Source of the DNA: Macrostomum lignano
Taxonomy: Eukaryota
Length of the DNA stretch: 64,000 bases
Direction: 5' to 3'
Assembly (NCBI GenBank): GCA_002269645.1
Contig: NIVC01000890.1
Coordinates: 186,001 to 250,000 of the forward strand
Below the pieces are notes generated by a model, which was not told the origin of the DNA, made no database searches, and saw only the letters and a list, made by a program, of their open reading frames with translations. Each line of letters begins with the position of its first letter. Position 1 is the stretch's first letter. Shown here one piece after another: positions 13,081 to 25,866 of this stretch. The position numbers and the translations under genes were made by a program.

Positions 13081-13328
13081 TATGTATAAAATCTTTTACT
13101 CTGTGGTCTTTCCGACTGGAATGGGAATGCAGGGTCTGAGCAGAAAGAAAATGTCTATGGCCCGATTTCGACCCATCCGACTGAAACGGAGAGTGACAAA
13201 TATCTTCACCGTCTTGTTGAAGAGGTTTTAAAAAGGCGCCACGCGACGTGAGGCAATTAACGGAAATTAGCGCAGCATAATAAACTAGTTGTGGGCCCAA
13301 TTATGTTCATATTACAACACTTTTTGTA

Positions 13329-14474
13329 CAAGGACTACTTAAGAACACAGGACGTTACACTTGCAAATATTGGCAGAATTCTAAAAGGCCGCTTTGAATG
13401 CATGTGTCAATGGTTTTAGTGGCCTTTTTGCTATTTGAAGCAATGTGTATAATACATGAATAGAAATTAAAGCCTAGTGAATAAAGCTTTTTATATGCAT
13501 GTATACCGACAAAATATTTATATTTTCTCCAAAAGGTGATCGTGAACAGGGTGTAGAAGTTTAACAAAGATGACAGTAGCAAAGATGACAGTGAAAATAG
13601 TAATAAATTCGTCACAAAGTTAATCGGAGTTTAATTTTCGTAACCGTCTTGCACCAACACCGCTTTGATGTCTCTCAGTTTCAGATTCCTTTCTTACTAA
13701 ACCCTTGTAAAAGGAATTTGCAAACCGGCGAGATATTCTTATAAGTAGCTCGTTGCCAAGTGCAATATCCGAAAAAGAGTCGAAAATTCTCAGAAACACA
13801 TTAACTGAACTGTTAACGCAACGCTGTCCGGAGCCGAGAAAGAAGACGTAGCAGAAACTAGCAGAAAGCCGTAAGCTACTGGATGGCCAGCCTTGAAAGA
13901 CAGATGGAGGGTCGATAGGTCGCATGTGACGCCCGGCTTGCTTCATTCTAGCATCCTCCGGCCAATGCTTGCGGCATACGCCCATGTACGCAGTAGCCTG
14001 CTGTAATACGAATCGAGCGATTTAATTTATGCTTCGAGACGAAATTGGGAATACCAGAATGCATAAAATGTTATCTTACTCGTACCTTAGTTGCAATGGG
14101 CAAAGCCTTCATCCAGGAGTCAATTTCAGCCTCTTGTTTCGGAAAAGTATATACGGTGCACCTTTTACCACTTTTGTAGTTGCTTGTGCAGCCTGGAACG
14201 CAACACTTCGTTGGCATCTTGTATAACTCAATTGATAATTTAATTTGAAAAAAGAAATAAAAGATCCAGAGAACACAATAAAGTGAGCTGTTTGCGATCT
14301 TGTCTGCTTGGTGCTCTAACGTAGACTTATGGGTTATGAGTATCATGCTACGCTGCGATGCGAATTACTAAGCAAAAAGGCCACTAAAACCATAGACACA
14401 TGCATTCAAAGCGGCCTTTTAGAATTCTGCCAATATTTGCAAGTGTAACGTCCTGTGTTCTTAAGTAGTCCTTG
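13329..14474 (-). mobile_element. Internally deleted P-superfamily DNA transposon with 104-bp TIRs
   Basis: TIRs 13329-13432 and 14371-14474 (CAAGGACTAC..., 1 mismatch), 8-bp TSD TTTTTGTA (13321-13328, 14475-14482), THAP domain inside. Confidence 0.92.
13620..14217 (-). CDS. THAP zinc-finger protein of about 170 aa (exons 14217-14086 and 14000/13997-13620)
   Basis: MPTKCCVPGC...FP...W...VCRKHW...P.VF is the THAP C2CH signature; phase-0 GT-AG intron with NAGNAG acceptor; no stop until TAA at 13620. Confidence 0.8.
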
Positions 14475-17400
14475 TTTTTGTAAAAATGTTAACAAAAAAT
14501 CCCGGGGATCCCGGGATTGCAATCCCTAGTTCCGACTGCCTTACGTTTTGAGCCCACGGGGGTACCGGAGATAGACATTGGGTCCCCCGAAGAATCCTTA
14601 TCATCACATGGTTCAACTATGGCTACCGACGTCTCGTTAGTCGCAGACGACGAACTGGCTCCGTATAGCGAAGTAGACAGAGCGTCGGCCATCTTGCCCA
14701 GTTCATTTGCCTTTCGCTTGCCGTTAGGTAACTAAAGAAAGTATGCATGAATGTATTATTTAAAATAAAGTAAAGAATCTACTACAAATATAAGAACTTA
14801 CCGCTTCACAGTTTTTGATTTTTGATATCTGCTCTAAGTGCAACTCATTTCGGTTTAAAGCGCTAGGGCAAATATTTGTGTGGTAGCAATTTAGTCTATG
14901 ATTGGAGTTGCTTTGATGATCATTGAAATGTTTAATTTGATTGTGCCTAGTTTCCTTTGGGCCACAAACGATTGCGTCGACGGAAATTGTGAACTGAGTA
15001 AATTTTTGCGCGCCTTTCAGGCATCGAAACAGGAATACAACAGATTGCTTATCTGCGAATAGTCTATGGTCAAGCTGCCCCCCATCTTTGGATATTCCCA
15101 ACGGGTTGTATTTAGATATAACCATTTGCAATTGAGCAATATGTATATTCCTGTATCAATGCGTTTGCGAGGATATTTTTTACACTCACATCGTTACACG
15201 TTAAACTCACATCGGCCGAATTGCATGGTTTGTTCCGCATGGGATCCTCGGGGCAAGCCTCTTCTTCGCTTGGCAGTGGTGGCAGAGCATCATCGTTACC
15301 AATTTCAATGAATCGGATGAACTCCATCAACTCTTCGTCATTCGCCTCGTCACGTCCACCCATACTCAAGTCGCTGAGAAAGTTGACCTCATTTCCATTC
15401 AAGCCGTCTATGCTTTCAATCGGCAAATTCGACCAATTTATCATTCGTATGAGTGGCATGAATAGAGGTTAGGGCAAACGGAGGAAACAGGAACATGTAT
15501 CCTCTGCTGCAGAGTTCCAGCTTATAAGACCACAACTTCATTTAACATGTTTCGTCTATGGTAATTTCAGACTGTTCCGCTTAACTTTTCGTTCCAGACG
15601 TTTAGTCTATGGCCATCATTTGGCTTGCGCCAAGTGGAAAATGCCTATGACACAAATCCCTAGAATCACTTAGTGATCAATTCCTGTCTGGGAAGTTGTG
15701 TCCTAGCCGTTTTGAATTGGTTTTTGGACGAAAAAAGACACAATTCGTTGTATTCGTTGTATTCGAAAGTACAACTCCCAAAATAAACAATGTAGGATTA
15801 TCGAGAGGTCACGCTTCACACACACTGCCTTACCGCGTCTCGGCCTACCGCAAGCAGGCCTATCGGCAAGCAGATCGAAACAAATTCATGCCTTATGTCG
15901 ATTCGCACATGAATAAATAATATAAATTCGGCCAATAAATTCGGTCCAACAATCCAAAGGGTCAGCTAGCTTCTTCACAAAGAAAATCAATTCGTTACTT
16001 ACAGGCCTTTTAGTCCAGTTGTCCTAGGCTTCATCATATGGTGTTTTCTCTCGTGCGTTGTTTGCTGCCTCAAAATTTCCTGGCAGGTTAAACCAGCGTT
16101 TCGTTTGTTTCTAGTCCTATTCGCACCTATTTGCACTTTATCTTAACATCCGGGACATTGTGTTTGAAATGCATGAGCTGGCGATGGAATCAACACATCA
16201 ACACATGGCCACAATGCCATGATAGCCGTGGATCACAAAAGCGGACAATTTTTGGACCTGACAGGATCCCGGGATTAAGGCCGATCAATCTCGATAAAAA
16301 CTCCGGGATTGGCATTGCATGGTAGCTAACTAACTTGTCAACGCCAAAAGTTAATTTTTGTCATGTTTGCTTTTGTTTTAGATCACAATATAAAATTCAA
16401 AATGCAAAAGTCATTGTAGCGGGTTAACAAAATAAATGAGGCGTGAAGGCGGTGAGGTGATTCTTTGAGGTTTTTAGACGTTCGATTAGTCAGTGAAGAG
16501 AGGCTTGGTATAGCTGAGTGCGTGGCGTATATTTATTTATAGAAAAATTTACGGTGTTCTGGAATTTCCTACGCTTGTGTATTATGCATAGTAACTACTA
16601 GAAGTAAATGCAGGAAATACTAATGTGGCCAATAGTTCAACTGTATGAAATGCGTAGCTTATACGTAGAAAGATTTTGTCAAGCAAACTATTTTAACAAT
16701 TAAGAAGAATCGCTATTTATACGAGGTAGAAAGTGCAGATGCATGAAAATTTCTAGAAATTTAATAACTTATGGAAACTCTAAGAGGGCTGCTGCTAACT
16801 ATAGCAAGATGCAACACTCCCACGGCCTGGCACCAGCGGCTCTGTAGATGGGCCAAGCTTCAGGGTCCGAACATTATTCGTTCATCAATTACGCGTAGTA
16901 TCCGTGGTTTCGCGTGGTCGCCTATGCCCGCGACCGAAAGGAAACCGGGGAATTCACTCAGTGCCCAGTGGCCTGTCCGCCGGAGGCAGTATAGCCAACA
17001 TATGCATTTGAGCAGTATGAAAAGGATTTTTATGCGGTGCACCTACCGGTTATTTGAAAGGCGCAGAGTCTGTAGTCCACTTACCGGTTGTGGCGCGTAA
17101 GCGGCCACCGGTAGCGCAGATCAGGGTTTTTGACCTCTGAAGGTTACACGCAGGAAGATTGGCGTTGAGTACAATCAAACTGAATCAAAACACAAATAAA
17201 TTAAGCGTACGCTAAACTTATTCTCCCCTTGTTACCTGAAGAAGTCGGGCTGCTGCACCCAATACTCTGTTCGTGGCTCCGGCTGATCGTCCGTGGCACG
17301 TGCGCGTCCTCGCATGTTGCTCGCGGCAGTCCTCATAGATCGGGCCCAAACGCGTAGAGCTGGTCTGACATTAATATATTTTAGTATTCGAAGTTTTTCG

Positions 17401-17895
17401 GGGTGTTTTTTGTTCGGGCTTTCGTTTTCTCGGCGTTGTAGATTGGAGCTGCAGCCAATTCTTCTAATGCTTCTAAAATTATTACAGGTAAGATGATTCA
17501 CTGTACCGGTAGCTTAACATATAGTTGTATACAAATGAGTAGTACACATGCGTTGGGACGCCACTGCTTCAAAAGTAACGGTACAAGACCGTCTTTATGG
17601 CTCGATTATCTGCATAGCAAATAACAAGTAAAGAATGCAATACATCCTAATGCACTACTTCTAAAAACAATTAGATCAAAAGATTACTAAAAACCACCTT
17701 AAACGCCAATGCCAGAATTGGTATGGGAAAGAGATTAAACAGTAAACCTCAAAACGCACAAGACTGATTGGGAAACGCATTATAGGACACCATTCAATAC
17801 GACTGATCGACCAAAAACCCATATAATTACGATATGACTGTTAAGCAAACCTCAATTCTCGAACCTGGCCGCCAGAATTTGGGGAAACTCTTGGA

Positions 17896-18464
17896 CTGTG
17901 CACCGTCATCTGTGCACCGGCATTCGACGTGGTGTTGCTAGGGTTGAAACATCGCAATGCCATCTATCCACTGAATCAGCTTCAAATGAGCGCGCTTACC
18001 GTACTGTTACGACTGGTACGTTTAACTACACGGGCGAGAATCTCTTCCCAAGCGGTGTTCCGAAACTTTCACTTATGGCCTTGATGAGCAACAAGGCCTT
18101 TAATGGGAGGGTGGACACGGTGCCGATGAGAGTCCGAGACCTCCCGAAATCGATTACAGTGACTTCGATTACAATTACATTGAAGCTGCCGGGTGGCATC
18201 TGCAGATCCGCGACCTGGGATTCACTCTGCTAGAGTACAAAGCTGGCTTACACTGCACCATCTACACTTCCGGACTGTGCAGTGACGTATAGGGTGGGAG
18301 CCGGCGCACAGGTATATAAAGATCGAAGGCGATGTACGATTGGAACTGCGCTTCGCGACTGCAATGGACAGAGTCTACAAAGTCATCGCGAGCGGCCTAT
18401 TCGACAACCAGCTGCATCTGACGCGGAGTTCCGCGACGTGGTGCCTGGATCTGTACTGAAGTAG
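17896..18464 (+). pseudogene. Degenerate Polinton/Maverick (adintovirus-like) major capsid protein, C-terminal half
   Basis: Colinear motifs across frameshifts: NAIYPL, NLFPSGVPK...NKAFNG, DLGFTLLEYKAGYT...PD, GDVRLELRFATAM...GLFDNQL. Matched from memory of hexon motifs, no search run. Confidence 0.68.
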
Positions 18465-20184
18465 ACAACACTATGATTCTATCTGGCGTAACTAATTAAC
18501 GTATTTTTGCGCTTTGTCTGCCTGAACCCCCCCCCCATGCTGGAAATGCGACTGAGCAATCTGCCAGGAAAAAAATTGGTAGCTCTCTGGAACTGTGCAG
18601 TCCAGGACAAGGGTACTCGTATAAAACGTCTATTGATATTGACGAGAAACTTTGCTTGAATGTGTTTAACCAAGATTAAAATGCATTCAGTTACTACTTT
18701 AAGTAAAGAAAAGGCAAAGATCACTATCGACTGAACTTTTTTCTTGTAAAAAAGATAATCTTCGCATCGAATTTTTAAAAAATAAATTTCAATTTAGGAT
18801 ATGAAAGCTCAGTTGGAAAAACGGCTTCAGGGCTTGCTTTCAGCTCGCGGATATGAAATTGAGGCACGCAATTCTCTTTTTCTGCTCGATCGAATAGGAT
18901 ATTTTTAGAAAGCCGTTTCTTGTTCGCTATTCGACCATTTTGCATGTCTGACAATCCAGCTAATCTCATGGACTCGATGAAGACTGCCGTAACAAAAGCT
19001 GCTGATTCTGTGACTTACCTACCGGTGCGCAATAGAGACAATACGAAAGTATTTGCCTTAGGCCTACTCTGATCTGTTCTTAGGCCTTAGTTCTTAGAAG
19101 ACGATCTTAGGCCTACTCTATTATAGACCAGCATTTTGGACCTTGCGTTTTTAGCTACAAAAAATTAATCCAAAGAACACGCATGTGCAGAATCTTTTAA
19201 CAAAAAATTGGAATTTGTACAATTCCTCTATCGGTATAGGGAATCGTGTTGAATGGATATTGGGAGTTGCTTCTAATTTTACCACTCGGCGTCCGACATC
19301 TGCCGACGTACCCGTCGTATCGATGAACGTCGCTGGTCTTTTTAAATTACGTCGAGGGTTGAAATCGAGCTGAATTTTAGCGCTGACTTGCGCTAGTGAC
19401 AGATGTGATTTCTAAGCCCAAAACTGGAAGGGGGAGGATTTCACAAATCGAAATTTCACAACGTCGAAAGCACATTCTTTCCCAAGGTAAAAGCATCAGA
19501 AGGTGGAACTTTCACAATGCCGACGTTTCGACGTTGTGAAATATGAGCTTAGAGGATCAGAGCGTACCCGTGTCGAACAGGAGTCAATTAAAATTGTAAT
19601 ATTTTGTTCGGACAGCCGTTACATCCAGACGAATTTTTATGAAAATGATACGCTACTTTTTAGGCAAAAATATGTAAAAATGACATATCGACATGACATT
19701 TGATTGATCAAGCCTCCCTTTCTGGCTCCAGTGCCTTCAATAAACCAAAACTTGCATGGGAATTTTGCAAATGACGGATCGGCTTGATTCAAAGCTTGAA
19801 AGCTAAAACAAAAGTCGATTGGATAATCCGTGCTTTCTCTGTCCAACGCTTTCAATCAATGTAAACTCTGGAGAATCAAAATACTAGAAATTACGGATCT
19901 GCTGTCAGAAAATTTTCATTTTTAGAGACAGAGACTATTCGTTGATGCTGTGATTGAAGCAGATTATAGCTGGATCAATCTGTCATAAAATCATATCGAC
20001 CGGTCATTTTCATTTTAGATATAGCTCAATTGCCAACGAATGGGAGACTAATAAGGAGTCTCCTGACCAGCACGGTTACTGCTTTTAGTCGTCGATATTT
20101 TTCCGTGACAAAGCAGCTAGCAAAGCGATTGATAGACTTATAAAAATTATTTCTAAGAAATCTATCGATTTTGGAGGTTTTGAA

Positions 20185-23100
20185 GACAGATAATGGTAGA
20201 TTGTGTCTTTTTGGTTTTGAAGACACATAATGGTAGATTGTGTCTTTTGGTTTTGGAGACAGACAATGGTAGATTGTGTCTTTTGGTTTTGGAGACAGAC
20301 AATGGTAGATTGTGTCTATGGTTCTGGAGACAGACAATGGTAGATTGTGTCTTTTGGTTTTGGAGACAGACAATGGTAGATTGTGTCTATGGTTCTGGAG
20401 ACAGACAATGGTAGATTGTGTCTTTTGGTTTTGGAGACAGACAATGGTAGATTGTGTCTATGGTTCTGGAGACAGACAATGGTAGATTGTGTCTATGGTT
20501 CTGGAGACAGACAATGGTAGATTGTGTCTTTTGGTTCTGGAGACAGACAATGGTAGATTGTGTCTTTTGGTTTTGGAGACAGACAATGGTAGATTGTGTC
20601 TATGGTTCTGAAGCCAGACAATGGTAGATTGTGTCTATGGTTCTGGAGACAGACAATGGTAGATTGTGTCTATGGTTTTGGAGACAGACAATGGTAGATT
20701 GTGTCTTTTGGTTTTGGAGACAGACAATGGTAGATTGTGTCTTTTGGTTTTGGAGACAGACAATGGTAGATTGTGTCTATGGTTCTGGAGACAGACAATG
20801 GTAGATTGTGTCTATGGTTCTGGAGACAGACAATGGTAGATTGTGTCTTTTGGTTTTGGAGACAGACAATGGTAGATTGTGTCTTTTGGTTTTGGAGACA
20901 GAGAATGGTAGATTGTGTCTTTTGGTTTTGGAGACAGACAATGGTAGATTGTGTCTTTTTGGTTTTGAAGACACATAATGGTAGATTGTGTCTTTTGGTT
21001 TTGGAGACAGACAATGGTAGATTGTGTCTATGGTTCTGGAGACAGACAATGGTAGATTGTGTCTTTTGGTTTTGGAGACAGACAATGGTAGATTGTGTCT
21101 TTTGGTTTTGGAGGCAGACAATGGTAGATTGTGTCTATGGTTCTGGAGACAGACAATGGTAGATTGTGTCTATGGTTCTGGAGACAGACAATGGTAGATT
21201 GTGTCTATGGTTCTGGAGACAGACAATGGTAGATTGTGTCTATGGTTCTGGAGACAGACAATGGTAGATTGTGTCTTTTGGTTTTGGAGACAGGCAAGGG
21301 TAGATTGTGTCTTTTGGTTTTGGAGACAGACAATGGTAGATTGTGTCTATGGTTCTGGAGACAGACAATGGTAGATTGTGTCTATGGTTCTGGAGACAGA
21401 CAATGGTAGATTGTGTCTTTTGGTTTTGGAGACAGACAATGGTAGATTGTGTCTATGGTTCTGGAGACAGACAATGGTAGATTGTGTCTTTTGGTTTTGG
21501 AGACAGACAATGGTAGATTGTGTCTATGGTTCTGGAGACAGACAATGGTAGATTGTGTCTATGGTTCTGGAGACAGACAATGGTAGATTGTGTCTTTTGG
21601 TTTTGGAGACAGACAATGGTAGATTGTGTCTTTTGGTTTTGGAGACAGACAATGGTAGATTGTGTCTTTTGGTTTTGGAGACAGACAATGGTAGATTGTG
21701 TCTTTTGGTTTTGGAGACAGACAATGGTAGATTGTGTCTATGGTTCTGGAGACGGACAATGGTAGATTGTGTCTATGGTTCTGGAGACAGACAATGGTAG
21801 ATTGTGTCTTTTGGTTTTGGAGACAGACAATGGTAGATTGTGTCTTTTGGTTTTGGAGACAGACAATGGTAGATTGTGTCTTTTGGTTTTGGAGACAGAC
21901 AATGGTAGATTGTGTCTTTTGGTTTTGGAGACAGACAATGGTAGATTGTGTCTTTTGGTTTTGGAGACAGACAATGGTAGATTGTGTCTTTTGGTTTTGG
22001 AGACAGACAATGGTAGATTGTGTCTATGGTTCTGGAGACAGACAATGGTAGATTGTGTCTTTTGGTTTTGGAGACAGACAATGGTAGATTGTGTCTATGG
22101 TTTTGGAGACAGACAATGGTAGATTGTGTCTTTTGGTTTTGGAGACAGACAATGGTAGATTGTGTCTTTTGGTTTTGGAGACAGACAATGGTAGATTGTG
22201 TCTATGGTTCTGGAGACAGACAATGGTAGATTGTGTCTATGGTTCTGGAGACAGACAATGGTAGATTGTGTCTTTTGGTTTTGGAGACAGACAATGGTAG
22301 ATTGTGTCTTTTGGTTTTGGAGACAGAGAATGGTAGATTGTGTCTTTTGGTTTTGGAGACAGACAATGGTAGATTGTGTCTTTTTGGTTTTGAAGACACA
22401 TAATGGTAGATTGTGTCTTTTGGTTTTGGAGACAGACAATGGTAGATTGTGTCTATGGTTCTGGAGACAGACAATGGTAGATTGTGTCTTTTGGTTTTGG
22501 AGACAGACAATGGTAGATTGTGTCTTTTGGTTTTGGAGACAGACAATGGTAGATTGTGTCTATGGTTCTGGAGACAGACAATGGTAGATTGTGTCTATGG
22601 TTCTGGAGACAGACAATGGTAGATTGTGTCTATGGTTCTGGAGACAGACAATGGTAGATTGTGTCTATGGTTCTGGAGACAGACGATGGTAGATTGTGTC
22701 TTTTGGTTTTGGAGACAGGCAAGGGTAGATTGTGTCTTCTGGTTTTGGAGACAGACAATGGTAGATTGTGTCTATGGTTCTGGAGACAGACAATGGTAGA
22801 TTGTGTCTATGGTTTTGGAGACAGACAATGGTAGATTGTGTCTTTTGGTTTTGGAGACAGACAATGGTAGATTGTGTCTATGGTTCTGGAGACAGACAAT
22901 GGTAGATTGTGTCTTTTGGTTTTGGAGACAGACAATGGTAGATTGTGTCTTTTGGTTTTGGAGACAGACAATGGTAGATTGTGTCTTTTGGTTTTGGAGA
23001 CAGACAATGGTAGATTGTGTCTTTTGGTTTTGGAGACAGACAATGGTAGATTGTGTCTATGGTTCTGGAGACGGACAATGGTAGATTGTGTCTATGGTTC

Positions 23101-25435
23101 TGGAGACAGACAATGGTAGATTGTGTCTTTTGGTTTTGGAGACAGACAATGGTAGATTGTGTCTATGGTTCTGGAGACAGACAATGGTAGATTGTGTCTA
23201 TGGTTCTGGAGACAGACGATGGTAGATTGTGTCTTTTGGTTTTGGAGACAGGCAAGGGTAGATTGTGTCTTTTGGTTTTGGAGACAGACAATGGTAGATT
23301 GTGTCTATGGTTCTGGAGACAGACAATGGTAGATTGTGTCTATGGTTTTGGAGACAGACAATGGTAGATTGTGTCTTTTGGTTTTGGAGACAGACAATGG
23401 TAGATTGTGTCTATGGTTCTGGAGACAGACAATGGTAGATTGTGTCTTTTGGTTTTGGAGACAGACAATGGTAGATTGTGTCTTTTGGTTTTGGAGACAG
23501 ACAATGGTAGATTGTGTCTTTTGGTTTTGGAGACAGACAATGGTAGATTGTGTCTTTTGGTTTTGGAGACAGACAATGGTAGATTGTGTCTATGGTTCTG
23601 GAGACGGACAATGGTAGATTGTGTCTATGGTTCTGGAGACAGACAATGGTAGATTGTGTCTTTTGGTTTTGGAGACAGACAATGGTAGATTGTGTCTTTT
23701 GGTTTTGGAGACAGACAATGGTAGATTGTGTCTTTTGGTTTTGGAGACAGACAATGGTAGATTGTGTCTTTTGGTTTTGGAGACAGACAATGGTAGATTG
23801 TGTCTTTTGGTTTTGGAGACAGACAATGGTAGATTGTGTCTTTTGGTTTTGGAGACAGACAATGGTAGATTGTGTCTTTTGGTTTTGGAGACAGACAATG
23901 GTAGATTGTGTCTTTTGGTTTTGGAGACAGACAATGGTGGATTGTGTCTATGGTTTTGGAGACAGACAATGGTAGATTGTGTCTTTTGGTTTTGGAGACA
24001 GACAATGGTAGATTGTGTCTTTTGGTTTTGGAGACAGACAATGGTAGATTGTGTCTATGGTTCTGGAGACAGACAATGGTAGATTGTGTCTATGGTTCTG
24101 GAGACAGACAATGGTAGATTGTGTCTTTTGGTTTTGGAGACAGACAATGGTAGATTGTGTCTTTTGGTTTTGGAGACAGAGAATGGTAGATTGTGTCTTT
24201 TTGTTTTGGAGACAGACAATGGTAGATTGTGTCTATGGTTCTGGAGACAGACAATGGTAGATTGTGTCTTTTGGTTTTGGAGACAGACAATGGTAGATTG
24301 TGTCTTTTGGTTTTGGAGACAGACAATGGTAGATTGTGTCTTTTGGTTTTGGAGACAGACAATGGTAGATTGTGTCTTTTGGTTTTGGAGACAGACAATG
24401 GTAGATTGTGTCTTTTGGTTTTGGAGACAGACAATGGTAGATTGTGTCTTTTGGTTTTGGAGACAGACAATGGTAGATTGTGTCTATGGTTCTGGAGACA
24501 GACAATGGTAGATTGTGTCTTTTGGTTTTGGAGACAGACAATGGTAGATTGTGTCTATGGTTTTGGAGACAGACAATGGTAGATTGTGTCTTTTGGTTTT
24601 GGAGACAGACAATGGTAGATTGTGTCTTTTGGTTTTGGAGACAGACAATGGTAGATTGTGTCTATGGTTCTGGAGACAGACAATGGTAGATTGTGTCTAT
24701 GGTTCTGGAGACAGACAATGGTAGATTGTGTCTTTTGGTTTTGGAGACAGACAATGGTAGATTGTGTCTTTTGGTTTTGGAGACAGAGAATGGTAGATTG
24801 TGTCTTTTTGTTTTGGAGACAGACAATGGTAGATTGTGTCTTTTTGGTTTTGATGACACATAATGGTAGATTGTGTCTTTTGGTTTTGGAGACAGACAAT
24901 GGTAGATTGTGTCTATGGTTCTGGAGACAGACAATGGTAGATTGTGTCTTTTGGTTTTGGAGACAGACAATGGTAGATTGTGTCTTTTGGTTTTGGAGAC
25001 AGACAATGGTAGATTGTGTCTTTTGGTTTTGGAGACAGACAATGGTAGATTGTGTCTTTTGGTTTTGGAGACAGACAATGGTAGATTGTGTCTTTTGGTT
25101 TTGGAGACAGACAATGGTAGATTGTGTCTTTTGGTTTTGGAGACAGACAATGGTAGATTGTGTCTTTTGGTTTTGGAGACAGACAATGGTAGATTGTGTC
25201 TATGGTTCTGGAGACAGACAATGGTAGATTGTGTCTTTTGGTTTTGGAGACAGACAATGGTAGATTGTGTCTATGGTTTTGGAGACAGACAATGGTAGAT
25301 TGTGTCTTTTGGTTTTGGAGACAGACAATGGTAGATTGTGTCTATGGTTCTGAAGACAGACAATGGTAGATTGTGTCTATGGTTCTGGAGACAGACAATG
25401 GTAGATTGTGCATATGATTTTGGAGGCAGACAATC
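20185..25435. repeat. 5.2-kb 35/36-bp minisatellite (GGAGACAGACAATGGTAGATTGTGTC + TTTTGGTTTT or TATGGTTCT)
   Basis: About 147 units of two main variants; all MVDCVFWFWRQT / ETDNGRLC ORFs derive from it. Confidence 0.98.
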
Positions 25436-25866
25436 GAAATAATGTCAATGGGATGCAGTACACAAAGCTGGTGACGAAGTCCCGTGCAATATTCGCACCT
25501 CCGACGAAGTACCCGAAGTCCGGCGTTAACGTCCGTGTAATGTAAAAGTTATTGACTTCAAAATACTGAGCTTAAAACTGCGATAGTTGATATAAATCAA
25601 ACTCAATAACTAATCAGGTAGATTTAAATTAGCAAACACTATAATTAGACGAGCAAAGTTATTTAAAGAAATGTTCATTGGTAATTATAACCTCGCTCGT
25701 ATTCGTTCACAAGAGGCACCACCTTTCCATAGACAATTTAGTTGCTCATGTTATTCTTTGCTTAGAAAGAAAAATAATAAATATGTGCTCAGAAACGATT
25801 CGTTTGAAGCATAGAAAAGTTTCAAGAATATTTTTGCAACCTTTTCCTCCGCGAATCACTTTTTCG

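Larger units (their letters stand above)
12466..14528. mobile_element. Non-autonomous hAT element
   Basis: TIRs TAGGGATTGCAA / TTGCAATCCCTA, subterminal ATCCCGGGAT repeats, perfect 8-bp TSD GTTCCGAC (12458-12465, 14529-14536). Confidence 0.92.
12391..15459 (-). pseudogene. Unknown spliced gene, frameshifted and interrupted by the hAT element
   Basis: ORFs 15459-15112 and 15131-14760, donor GCG|GTAAGT near 14797, acceptor CTTTAG|TTA near 14736; the frame continues across the hAT TSD to a TGA at 12391. No family recognised. Confidence 0.3.

Noticed and set aside
16240-16325. ATCCCGGGATT motifs resembling the hAT subterminal repeats
   Set aside because: No matching TIR partner or TSD found; at most an orphan end
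18700-20100. Possible further Polinton genes next to the capsid relic
   Set aside because: Short ORFs show no pPolB, integrase, ATPase or protease motif that I can recognise
20185-25435. Dozens of overlapping ORFs (MVDCVFWFWRQT, ETDNGRLC)
   Set aside because: Translation of a 35/36-bp satellite with constant frame switching
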